Source of the DNA: Mustelus asterias
Taxonomy: Eukaryota
Direction of reading: 5' to 3'
Assembly: GCF_964213995.1 (NCBI RefSeq)
Contig: NC_135808.1
Coordinates: 23,312,001-23,376,000, forward strand
Length of the DNA: 64,000 nt
Position numbers and translations under genes: made by a program. This document shows positions 25,701 through 35,902 of the stretch, one piece after another; within the stretch, counting starts at the first letter, position 1; every line of letters begins with the position of its first letter. Under the pieces are notes generated by a model. That model was given only the letters and a program-made list of their open reading frames with translations, searched no databases and was not told the origin of the DNA.

Positions 25701-28642
25701 CTCACTCCCCTCTCACTCACCGACTCTCACTCCCCCCTCACTCACCGACTCTCACTCCCCCCTCACTCACCGACTCTCACTCACTAACTCTCACTCCCCC
25801 CTCACTCACCGACTCTCACTCCCCCCTCACTCACCGACTCTCACCGACTCTCACTCCCCCCTCACTCACCGACTCTCACTCCCCCCTCACTCCCCGACCC
25901 TCACTACCCCCCTCACTCACCGACTCTCAATTCTCTCTGTCCGTACTCCAGGTATTTTCTCAGCCACTCGATACACTCCACCTCCAGGTAATGTTTCAAT
26001 CGCTGAATGTGTCCAGTCTGCCGGTCGCACCTGTTTTTGATGCTCTCCCCCCAGGGCACTGGGGTCACCCACACCATGTGCTCATTGTCCAAACTGAGAA
26101 CATCATGTCCGTCCCACCCATACTGGCTGAATCCACTCGTGGTCCCATCATCCCGCAGGTCACAGCCAGTCATCATCTGGCAGACATGGACCCCTGTGGA
26201 TCAGAAACACAAACAGCCAATCAGAGACAGTCCCAATGGGCGATCCCACCTGTACAGCCAATCAGAACGTGTCTCACTGGGCGATCTCATCCCACCAGCC
26301 AATCAACATCAACTACAGGATTTATGATCATCTAGAGAAGTTTAGTATGATCAAAAGTAGTCAGCACGGCTTTGTCAAGGGCAGGTCGTGCCTTACGAGC
26401 CTGGTTGAGTTCTTTGAAAATGTGACCAAACACATTGACGAAGGAAGAGCGGTGGATGTGGTCTATATGGACTTCAGCAAGGCGTTCGATAAGGTCCCCC
26501 ATGCAAGACTTCTTGAGAAAGTGAGAGGGCATGGGATCCAAGGGGCTGTTGCCTTGTGGATCCAGAACTGGCTTGCCTGCAGAAGGCAGAGGAGTGGCTG
26601 TGGAGGGGTCTTTCTCTGCATGGAGGTCAGTGACCAGTGGAGTGCCCCAGGGATCTGTTCTGGGACCCTTGCTGTTTGTCATTTTCATAAATGACCTGGA
26701 TGAGGAAGTGGAGGGATGGGTTGGTAAGTTTGCTGACGACACCAAGGTAGGTGGTGTTGTGGATAGTTTGGAGAGATGTCAGAAGTTGCAGCGAGACATA
26801 GATAGAATGCAAGACTGGGCGGAGAAGTGGCAGATGGACTTCAACCCGGATAAGTGTGTGGTGATCCATTTTGGCAGATCCAATGGGATGAAGCAGCAGT
26901 ATAATATGAAGGGTACCATTCTTAGCAGTGTAGAGGATCAGAAGGACCTTGGGGTCCGGGTCCATAGGACTCTTAAATCGGCCTCGCAGGTGGAGGATGC
27001 GGTCAAGAAGGCGTACGGCGTACTGGCCTTCATTAATCGAGGGATTGAGTTTAGGAGTCGGGAGATAATGCTGCAGCTTTATAGGACCCTGGTTAGACCC
27101 CACTTGGAGTACTGCGCGCAGTTCTGGTCACCTCATTACAGGAAAGATGTTGAAGCCATTGAAAGGGTGCAGAGGAGATTTACAAGGATGTTGCCTGGAT
27201 TGGGGGGCATGCCTTATGAGGATAGGTTGAGGGAGCTTGGTCTCTTCTCCCTGGAGAGACGAAGGATGAGAGGTGACCTGATAGAGGTTTACAAGATGTT
27301 GAGAGGTCTGGATAGGGTAGACTCTCAGAGGCTATTTCCAAGGGCTGAAATGGTTGCTACGAGAGGACACAGGTTTAAGGTGCTGGGGGGTTGGTACAGA
27401 GGAGATGTCAGGGGTAAGTTTTTCACTCAGAGGGTGGTGGGTGAGTGGAATCGGCTGACGTCGGTGGTGGTGGAGGCAAACTCGTTGGGGTCTTTTAAGA
27501 GACTTCTGGATGAGTACATGGGATTTAATGGGATTGAGGGCTATAGATGTGCCTAGAGGTGGGGATGTGATCGGCGCAACTTGTGGGCCGAAGGGCCTGT
27601 TTGTGCTGTGGCTTTCTATGTTCTATGTTCTACACCCCCCCCCCCCCTCCCCCCCACTCCGCTCACACACAGCCAATCAGAGCCAGCTCCCTGGACACAA
27701 TCCCTCCACATATTCACAGCCAATCACATTTCCTGTCACATCTCCAATCGTAGCCAATCAACCTCTGGCTCCCAGTCCCTAATCCACTCTGGGTTTCTCC
27801 TCATTCCCACCTGGATCCCCGGGTGCTGGGAGAGTGAGCACTCACCTCCTGTCTGGTTGGTGTGGGACATGTAGAGCGGAATATCAGCTTTCAAATACAT
27901 CTCCTGCTCCTCTGTGAAGATCTTCTTCCGCTCCCAGGCTGCCGGACCCTCGCTCTCCACCATCCACTGCTCCCGGGGGATCAGCTCCCTCCGATCGCTG
28001 TCGTACATCACAAACTGGACACCGTCCACATAAACAACAGCCACAAACTCCGGGAAATCCGGGATCAAAGTCATTCCCGTGAAGAAATACCGCAGAGAGT
28101 GAGAGCCTGAAATACAGAGAGAGAGAATTCAGGATAGACACCCTAAAAACACCAACACTCTCACACACACACACACACACACACAGAGATCAGGGCATGA
28201 ACCCCAAAACACTGATTCCAAACCGAGAGCAAGGCCTCCACCCAGCCTGGCATTGCCCCTCTCACACCCCATCACTCACTGACCAGGGTTAATGCCCCAG
28301 TACCCAGCCTGGCATTGCCCCTCTCACACCCCATCAGTCAATGACCCAGGGTTAATGCCCCAGTACCCAGCCTGGCATTGCCCCTCTCACACCCCATCAC
28401 TCACTGACCCAGGGTTAATGCCCCAGTACCCAGCCTGGCATTGCCCCTCTCACACCCCATCACTCACTGACCCAGTGTTAATGCCCCAGTACCCAGCCTG
28501 GCATTGCTCCTCTCACACCCCATCACTCACTGACCCAGGGTTAATACCCCAGTACCCAGCCTGGCATTGCCCCTCTCACACCCCATCACTCACCTGCAGA
28601 CACCTCTCCACACAGAAGGACCAGCTCTATCAGTCCAATCAT
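16741..28642 (-). CDS. MHC class I heavy chain (gene A), intact, probably non-classical; join(28594-28642, 27846-28106, 25921-26193, 25223-25486, 17420-17524, 16978-17010, 16741-16787), 343 aa
   Basis: Seven exons with GT/AG boundaries, all phase 1, totalling 1032 nt with no internal stop. Class I motifs: GSHSLRYF, NQT glycosylation site, alpha2 C..C, Ig C1 FYP/C..C, TM and Tyr-containing tail. Confidence 0.95.
16978..17010 (-). CDS. Gene A exon 6, cytoplasmic GRGKNDYNPTN
   Basis: ttttacag| acceptor, |gtaagc donor, 33 nt, Tyr at the usual class I tail position. Confidence 0.85.
17420..17524 (-). CDS. Gene A exon 5, connecting peptide and transmembrane
   Basis: taacag|AA CCA ... EPKSRSQVALTVGIVVGVLVLIALIIVAVVIYNKK G|gtagg; 105 nt. 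Confidence 0.92.
18725..20155 (+). mobile_element. Non-LTR retrotransposon RT fragment (CR1/L2 group, different subfamily)
   Basis: KAMGPDNI, NYRPISLLS, FADDCT in disrupted frames. Confidence 0.85.
20383..20892 (+). mobile_element. CR1 LINE 3' end
   Basis: LERVQRRFTRML...FFTQRVV; TTCTATG tail. Confidence 0.9.
21164..24117 (+). mobile_element. Penelope-like retroelement, near full length (RT plus GIY-YIG endonuclease), one frameshift near 22630
   Basis: ORFs 21127-22776 and 22665-23810: IKPADKGG, LPKIHK, DVSALYTSI, GTAMG, YIDD, VVYLIRC...WYIGET; flanked by 9-bp direct repeat TATCCTCTA (21155-21163, 24118-24126). Confidence 0.95.
24019..24055 (+). ncRNA. Minimal type I hammerhead ribozyme in the Penelope 3' repeat
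   Basis: CCAT-CTGACGA-A-GGAGC-TCT-GCTCC-GAAA-GC-TT-ATGG: full core, stem II, palindromic short stem III, stem I CCAU/AUGG. Confidence 0.85.
24120..25020. repeat. Degenerate ~37-40-bp minisatellite in gene A intron 4
   Basis: Repeated CTGTAATATCCCAGGATACACTGGGCCCTGTC; first units at ~21050-21163 before the Penelope insertion. Confidence 0.85.
25223..25486 (-). CDS. Gene A exon 4, alpha3 Ig C1 domain
   Basis: LSCAVTGFYPQAIEVNLWRDG...LPNPDSTYQ...YSCRVEHSG; ctcag| acceptor, |gtaag donor; 264 nt. Confidence 0.96.
25550..25930 (-). repeat. 25-bp minisatellite in gene A intron 3 (shorter copy 46110-46228 in gene B)
   Basis: Unit CTCACTCACCGACTCTCACTCCCCC, about 15 copies, overlapping the exon 3 end. 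Confidence 0.95.
25921..26193 (-). CDS. Gene A exon 3, alpha2 domain
   Basis: ccacag|GG GTC CAT ... GCDLRDDG...YGWDG...YLEVECIEWLRKYLEYG...RV G|gtgagt; 273 nt. Confidence 0.96.
26313..27631 (+). mobile_element. CR1 LINE, 5'-truncated, in intron 2 of gene A
   Basis: QHGFVKGRSCLT, GVPQGSVLGP, FADDTK, (TTCTATG)n tail; same subfamily as 4018-5778. Confidence 0.94.
27846..28106 (-). CDS. Gene A exon 2, alpha1 domain
   Basis: tttcag|GC TCT CAC ... GSHSLRYFFTGMTLIPDFPEFVAVVYVDG...HTNQTG G|gtgag; 261 nt. Confidence 0.96.
28241..28593 (-). repeat. 63-bp minisatellite in gene A intron 1 (~5.6 copies)
   Basis: Unit CCCAGCCTGGCATTGCCCCTCTCACACCCCATCACTCACTGACCCAGGGTTAATGCCCCAGTA. Confidence 0.95.
28594..28642 (-). 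CDS. Gene A exon 1, leader MIGLIELVLLCGEVSA
   Basis: ATG at 28642, 49 nt, ends GCAG|gtgagt; identical exon in gene B. Confidence 0.88.
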
Positions 28643-28752
28643 TGCTGCTTCCCTCATGTTGGGGGAATCATTTGGAGGAAACTCTTATTCAAAGAATGGC
28701 CATTTCCTCAACTCACTCCTTCTGTCTTTTCCTGTTCACACTGAGCCTCAAT

Positions 28753-28820
28753 CTGATTGGACACAAAATAGGATTGAACCAATCAGGATAAAGAGATTCA
28801 GTGAGTCATCAGTTTCCAGC
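28753..28820 (-). promoter_or_regulatory. Gene A proximal X1-X2-Y module plus downstream CCAAT box
   Basis: Minus strand GCTGGAAACTGATG-ACTCA-15 nt-CTGATTGG (Y 28779-28786), then CCAATCAG 28753-28760; architecture of MHC promoters. Confidence 0.75.
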
Positions 28821-28868
28821 AGAATAGACACAAACAGGATGAGGAACTTCCTCAATGTTGAGAATTGT

Positions 28869-29201
28869 CCAATCAGCTAAATAAAGTTGGTTGTCTCACG
28901 GTGGCACAGTGGTTAGCACTGCTGCCTCACAGTGCCAGGGACCCGGGTTCAATTCCAGCCTTGGGTCACTCTCTGGGTGCCCCAGTTTCCTCCCACACTC
29001 CCAAAATGGGTGGGTTAGGTGAATAGGCCATACCAAATTGCCCTTTAGTGTCCAAGATGTGTGCATCAGGGGATTAGCCATGGTAAATACGTAGAGCTAC
29101 AGTGGTAGGGCCAGGGTGAAGGTGCTTTGTGTTAAAGTTGGTGCTGACTCCATGGGCTGAATGGGCTCCTTCTATGATGCTGACTTCATCAGCGATCCGA
29201 G
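28869..29201 (-). promoter_or_regulatory. Gene A distal X-Y module interrupted by a SINE
   Basis: Y box 28869-28876 and X2-like TGAAGTCA 29181-29188 are separated by a ~290-bp SINE absent from the gene B paralog. Confidence 0.65.
28888..29177 (+). mobile_element. HE1-like SINE in the gene A promoter
   Basis: A/B boxes GTGGCACAGTGGTTAGC, GGTTCAATTCC; absent from gene B promoter. Confidence 0.85.
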
Positions 29202-29327
29202 TGAATGAGCTGAAAGGAGTTTGATAGAGGGACAGAGGGAAGGACATTTGAGCTAACCATTCAATTAGATCACCGCTGATCTGAACTCCAGTTTCTGATA
29301 ATATCCCATATCCTTAGATATCATTAT

Positions 29328-29895
29328 CAATGCTGCAACTGTACAGGACCTTGGTGAGACCACATTTGGAATATTGTGTGCAGTTCTGGTCACCTCACTA
29401 TAAGAAGGATGTGGAGACACTGGAAAGAGTGCAAAGGAGATTTACCAGGATGCTGCCTGGTTTGGAGGGTAGGTCTTATGAGGAAAGGTTGAGGGAACTT
29501 GGGCTTTTCTCTTTGGAGCGGAGGACGTTGAGAGGAGACTTGACAGAGGTTTATAAGATGATGAGGGGGATAGATAGAGTGAACATTCAAAGACTATTTC
29601 CTTGGGTGAATGGAGTGGTAACTAGGGGGCATAACTATAGGGTTCATAGTGGGAGATATAGGAAGGATGTCCGAGGTAGGTTTTTTACTCAGCGAGTGGT
29701 TGGGGTGTGGAATGGACTGCCTGCAGGGATAGTGGAGTCAGAAACTTTAGGAACATTTAAGAAGCTATTGGATAGGCACATGGAGTACTTCGGGATGATA
29801 GGGAGGAAATAGCTTGATTTGGGTTTCAGACAAAGCTCGGCACAACATCATGGGCCGAAGGGCCTGTTCTGTGCTGTACTGTTCTATGTTCTATG
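29328..29895 (+). mobile_element. CR1 LINE 3' end upstream of gene A
   Basis: LVRPHLEYCVQFW...; absent at the paralogous site 49660. Confidence 0.92.
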
Positions 29896-30189
29896 ACCCA
29901 ATAAAAATCTCTCACTCTTACATTTTAAAGCTCCAATTGTTCACAATTTTTGATGGAGAGACTGGATGTGGATTCCAGACGACTGAATCATTTTAACATT
30001 ATAAAAAGATCTCCCCTCAAAATTCTAAACTCTCTGGAATAAGAAACAAGTTTATACAACCCTTCAAACTTTATCCTTTAGTTTAAAAGCCCGATCCTCT
30101 AAAGTGCATCTCTACACAGAGATCCTTTATTGTCCATTGTCAGTGTTGTGGAGTTGGGGGTAATATTTTTGCATGAATAGAGAATTGGT

Positions 30190-30890
30190 TAATAAGAACA
30201 TAAGAACAAGGAGCAGGAATAGGCCATCTGGTCCCTCGAGCCTGCTCCGCAATTCAATAAGATCATGGCTGCTCTTTTTGTGGACTCGGCTCCAGTTACC
30301 CACCTGCTACCGTAACTCTTTGACAAAGGGCTTTGACAAAGGGTCATCTGGACTCGAAACATCAACTCTCTTTTCTCTCCTTACAGGTGCTGCCAGACCT
30401 ACTGAGATTTTCCAGTGTTTTCTCTTTTGGCACTATAACCCTGAATTCCTTTACTGTTCAAAAATGTATCTATCCTTGCCTTAAAAACATTCAATGAGGT
30501 ATCCTCAACTGCTTCATTGCGCAGGGAATTCCACAGATTCACAACCATTTGGGTGAAGAAGTTCCGCCTCAACTCAGTCCTAAATCTGCTCCATCCTATT
30601 TTGAGGCCATTCACCCCCACTCTTTGTTTTCTGTTAGTTTACCAATCCTCTATCCATGATAATACATTATCCATTACACCGTGCACCTTTATCTTATGCA
30701 GCAGCATTTGGTGCGGCACCCTGTCAAATGCCTTCTGGAAATCAAGATCCACCACATCCACAGGTTCCCCATTGTCCACTGCGCATGTACTGTCCTCAAA
30801 GAATTCCACCAAATTAGTTAAACATGACCTGCCCTTCATGAACTCATGCTGCATCTACCCAATGGGGTAATTTACATCCAGATGTCAAAT
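30190..30890 (-). mobile_element. CR1 LINE fragments
   Basis: GRSCLTNLVEFFE, DFQKAFDRV, RRNFFTQ on the minus strand. Confidence 0.8.
30318..30430 (+). mobile_element. Short insertion with degenerate hammerhead-like motif (second PLE-derived family)
   Basis: TTGACAA-AGGGTC-ATCTG-GACTC-GAAAC interrupts a CR1 3' UTR; core is mutated. Confidence 0.45.
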
Positions 30891-31974
30891 AGACAAGAAA
30901 CACTGATTTGGCATAAATGGGCCATTTTCAAGTTGGCCGGCTCTGGCCAGTGGAGTGTCACTAGGATCAGTGCTCGGACAATCAGCCATTTACAATCTAC
31001 ATTCATGACTCAGACCAAGAAGACGGGTGTAGTGTATCTAAACTTGCAGCAGCTGCAAAGCTAACTGGAAATGAGGAAGGATTAAGTTGGTTAGGATTGT
31101 ATTCATTGGAGTCTAGAAGAATGAGGAGGATTGCACAGAAACCTATAAAATTCAAAGAGGCCTCTACAAGGTAGATCCAGGAAGGATGTTCCCAATGATG
31201 GGGGAGTCCAAAACCAGGGTTTGTTGTCTGAGGATACAAGGTAAACCATTGAGGACTGAGATGAGGAGAACTTTCTTCACCCAGAGAGTGGTAAGCCTAT
31301 GGAATTCACTATTGCAGGAAGCAGTTGGAGACAAAACATTGTATATTTACTAGAAGCAGTTAGATATAGCATTTGGGGCGAAGGGGATCAAAGGATATGT
31401 GGGAAGGCTGGATTGAGTTGGAAAATCAGCCATGATCATAATGAATGGCAGAGCAGGTTTGATGGGCTGAATGGCCTATTCCTGTTCCTATTTTCTGAGT
31501 TTCTATGAAATGCAAACTGTGTGGAGGAATAGAGAGCTGCAAAGAGATTTGGACAAGTTAAGCGAATGGGCTGCAAGGTGGCAGATCAAGTGTAACGTGG
31601 GTCAGTGTGAGGTTACACTGTGTCTCCTGCCAGCACAATATGGCCTTCTGCGCATTCACACTGGTCCATACAGACATCACTCTAATTAACCCAGCCTGCC
31701 AGAAGGCCTTTAAATTGAAGTATGTCCATCCTTCAGTAACAGCATCCCACTTTGTTATACTGTACAAGGGAGTAATAAAGAGAGGGCAGAGTGAGAGACA
31801 GAGTCAGAGTAAGTTGTGGCTGTGAGACACAGGTTGTAAAATAAAATATTGGTTCCAGGAAACCTTGCAAAGTCTGTTTTTTACTTTAAAATGTTCTATC
31901 AAAGAGACAGAAGATGCAATCGCATCTCTTGGTGATATTGGAGACAAGCACAGTATTAATCTAAAGTAAAGTTA

Positions 31975-32270
31975 AAGTTTATTTATTAGTCACAAGTAGG
32001 CTTACATTCACACTGCAATGAAGATACTGCGAAAGTCCCCCAGTCGCCACACTCCGGCACCTGTTCGGGTACACTGAGAGAGAATTCAGCATGGCCAATG
32101 CACCTGACCAGCATGTCTTTTGGACTGTAGGAGGAAACCAGAGCACCCGGAGGAAACCCTCGCAGACACGGGGAGAATGTGCAAACTTCACACAGACAGT
32201 GACCCAATCCGGGAATCAAACCCAGGTCCCTGGCACTGTGAGGCAGCAGTGCGAGCCACTGTGCCTCATT
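31975..32270 (-). mobile_element. tRNA SINE; related copies at ~1-190, 3005-3300, 7300-7580, 32810-33110, 36810-37060, 39095-39380, 54230-54535
   Basis: Shared core GGAAACCGGAGCACCCGGAGGAAACCCAC...AAACTCCACACAGACAG. Confidence 0.82.
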
Positions 32271-33736
32271 CCACCCTAATTTCACACTCAACCTCTCTGA
32301 CCTATTGTAATCTCTGCAGGTTTCAGACAGAAATGCTTTTTGAAATGAATGATTTTGTGTTAGGGTATTTCTGAGACCAGGGCACATTTATTTACTTATT
32401 AATTCAGGTGTAATGAAGTGAGACAGTTTTATCTGTGGGCCCAGTGAGTGCACATTGCACAACACTTCTGTGTTTGAGGTGAAATGTTGCTTCCTACTTC
32501 ACATGGTTAGAAATCACGAGAACTGCTCATGTGTGGCAGAGAACAGAGTTGCTGGATGGGGGGTGGGGGAGGAGCTATTCAACTTTGCTAGCACAGATCG
32601 AAAAGTAGAACACTTATTAAAAATTAGAGACCTGTGTGTACTCCACAAGGAACAGACAAATTCTTCCAGGTCGAATCATAGAATCTCTCATGGATGAGAG
32701 GGGTGTGGAGGGATATGGTCCAAGTGCAGGTCAGTGGGACGAGGCAAAAAATGGTTTGGCACAGACAAGAAAGGCCAAAAGGCCTGTTTCTGAGCTGTAA
32801 TTTTCTATGGTCCTCTGCAGTGCAGAAAGAGGTCATTCAGCCCATCGATTCTCCAACAGAGCATCTTACCCAGTCCCTATATCCGTAACCCCACATATTT
32901 ACAGGGCTAATTCCCCGAACCAATACATCTTGGGACACTGAGGGGCAATTTAGCCTGGCCAATCCTAACCAGTGGGAGGAAACTGGATCACCCAGACGAA
33001 ACCCACACAGACATGGGGAGAACGTGCAAACTCCACACAGACAGTCACCCTCGGCTAGAATTGAACCCTGGTCCCTGGCACTGTGGGGGGCAGCAATGCT
33101 AACCACTGGTGGTTACCATTACTAACACCACACCTGTAATTCTGTGTAGATGTTTTCCAGGCAGATGGACAAAGTACGTTTCCTTCTCCGACTCTTGGAG
33201 CGATCGGGATTTTCTAATGAGGAAAAGTTGAGCAGGTTGGGATTTATTCATTGGAGTTTAGAAAAATGAGAGGTAATCTCACTGAAACGTTAGATTCTGA
33301 TAGGGATTGATAGGGTAGATAGTGAACGATTCTTTCTGTTAGTGAGCAATAAAACATGAGGGCACAGCCTCAAGATAAGAAGTGAATCATTTAAGATGAG
33401 GAAAAATTTCTTCACTGAAAGGATTGTGAATCATTGGGATTCCCTACCCCAGGGAATTGTGGATGCATCATTACTGAAGATATTTAAAACAGACAGATTT
33501 GTGGTGTCTCAGGGAACAGAGGTGTACAGAGAGTAGGAGTGAAAATGGAGATGAGGTAGAAAATGATGGGACAGGCGCAAGCGGATGAAGAGATTATTCC
33601 TTCTGTTATCTCTCATGTTCTTTACTGACTGAGGATTAATATCTAACCCTGGCACTTCCAACTCACAACTCATCACCCACAGAAATCACTGCACACAGAG
33701 GGACCAGCACGATCAGCACCTCTGTGATGTTGTCCC

Positions 33737-34075
33737 TCAGTGTGTGAGCTGTGTCCTGTATTAATACTGTCCCTCTCAGTGTGTGAGCTGTGTCCTGTAC
33801 TGATACTGTCCCTCTCAGTGTGTGAGCTGTGTCCTGTACTGATACTGTCCCTCTCAGTCTGTGAGCTGTGTCCTGTACTGATACTGTCCCTCTCAGTGTG
33901 TGAGCTGTGTCCTGTACTGATACTGTCCCCCTCAGTGTGTGAGCTGTGTCCTGTACTGATACTGTCCCTCTCAGTGTGTGAGCTGTGTCCTGTACTGATA
34001 CTGTCCCTCTCAGTGTGTGAGCTGTGTCCTGTACTGATACTGTCCCTCTCAGTGTGTGAGCTGTGTCCTGTACTT
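33737..34075. repeat. 39-bp minisatellite (~8.5 copies; paralogs 950-1125 and 55735-56003)
   Basis: Unit CTCAGTGTGTGAGCTGTGTCCTGTACTGATACTGTCCCT. Confidence 0.95.
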
Positions 34076-35902
34076 GATTTGAAAAAGTGAATAGCTGATC
34101 AGGCAGAGTTAAATTGAAAGGAAAAATGGTGCACAAAGAAACAGTATTTAGAGATTTGATGCTTGGATCAGCGTAGGGAAATTGGAATGTTTGGGAGAAA
34201 GTCGAAAGGAAGAAACAAATAGTGAGAGATCACGGAGATGAGAGACCAAAGATTAGATGATTGAATCAGGATGAAGAAATGGATCTCGCTGCTTTTCAGA
34301 AATGGGCCGTTGATGTCTGGTTGGTGGAATATCAGAAGCAGGTTAGAAAAAAGAAATTAAACACTGTCGCTGCAAGAGTGGGTCAGAGGTTGGGAATTTG
34401 GTGGAGAGTAACTCAGCTCCTCGGCAAAAGTGCTATTTAGGAAGTCGGTGCAGACTCGATGGGCCGAATGGCCTCCTTCTGCACTACAAGGATTCTGTGG
34501 TTGAGTTTATTCAGACAACAACTGAAGAGAGGGAGGGCCGGGGGGGGGGGGGGGGGGGGGGGCGGGGGGAAGATTGTTGATGTTCTGTGAATTCCGTGTT
34601 GAAGTTGGAAGATTCTAGGTGAACTGAGACAGTTTGATGCTGTTGTCCGGATTGTAACCGCGGGGAGACAGACCTGGGGCAATGCCATTGAGATGATGGA
34701 AAATGAGCTGCGGGATTGACTGTTGTCGGAAAGAGAGAAAATTAAAATAAGTTTCAAATCAAAACCGTGACTGAAGCGGATCCTCGGCTTCCGGGTGGGA
34801 GAAATTAAACAGGAAAATTCCAGTGAAATAGAAATTAGAGTGAGTGAAAGGAAATTCAGATTGTGTCCCCAGAATCGAGAAAATAAAACAAGTTGCACTT
34901 TTTAGGTTGAGAAAGTTTGTAGAAGTTTTGGAATTGAAACACACTCTGTTGGAAACTCCGCCCTCTGTTGTTTCAATGTAACAATCTTCAATGTTTCCTT
35001 TTCTGTTATTTGTGAAACGCGGTTTTCCCTTAATTTCAACAACAGACATTCGTGAAGAAAGAAGATGTGATGGAATTTATTTTATCCCCTTTTAAAAGGC
35101 ACGTGCTACGTTTGTCAGGTTGAAAAGATCCAGAGTGAAACTTGAAGTGCTGTGAGAAAGAATTGTGTGTACAGATGTGTGTGTGTAAACTTCCTGTTAG
35201 TGAATGAGGAAAGGCTGTGTGAATGCTCTGCATTGCTGTTCCTTCAGACCGGCTCCAACTTTGATGTGTTTTCCTGAAAATGGTTCGGTCTTAAAGAGGA
35301 TAACAGTTTAAAAGTTTTGAAATTGGAAGCTTGTTACCGGCTACAATGGAACTCTGTTGAAACTGGTGAAGCATGTGGATTTCTAATCCAGAGACAAATT
35401 CACATCTGTCAGAGTGGAGTCGTTTTTTAAGCTTTGACGGTGTAATTTCGAATTGAGGAGCTGAATTTAAGGTGATTGTTGATGGATTATTCTTGTGTTT
35501 AAAATAGCCATAAAAATCACCCTGGGGAACAATTGGGACTTTATCTTCTGATCTATTTTGCTCCAAGGTTTTTATTCGGAAATATCCAGTTTGAAATGGT
35601 GAATCCACAAGACTTGAAGAAATATCTTTGTTCTGCTGAAACCGCCATTACTCTGAGAACATTGTAACCCAGTCTCTTTTTGAAATCACAGTGACAGTGA
35701 ATTCCTTCACCAAACGTGTTCTAATTTAGAATTAACCCATTCAGCTCCGAGCAGGATGAGCCTTTTCTGTTTTATAAACACACACACATCCGCACAGGTA
35801 ACAATTGTGTCCAATAATTCAAAGTGTAACAATATTTCCAACAGTGACAAGAATTGGAAACTTAGCTGCAGATACCAATTTGTACAAAGACTTTGATATT
35901 TC

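Noticed and set aside
25426-26040. 204-aa plus-strand ORF rich in LTDSHSP repeats
   Set aside because: Antisense translation of the 25-bp intronic minisatellite and MHC exons.
28292-28744. ORF with 21-aa repeats MPQYPAWHCPSHTPSLTDPGL (also 48900-49346)
   Set aside because: Product of a 63-bp repeat lacking stops on the antisense strand of intron 1.
33663-34136. Repetitive ORFs (SVQDTAHTLRGTV; CELCPVL, zinc-finger-like)
   Set aside because: 39-bp minisatellite; no splice or domain support.
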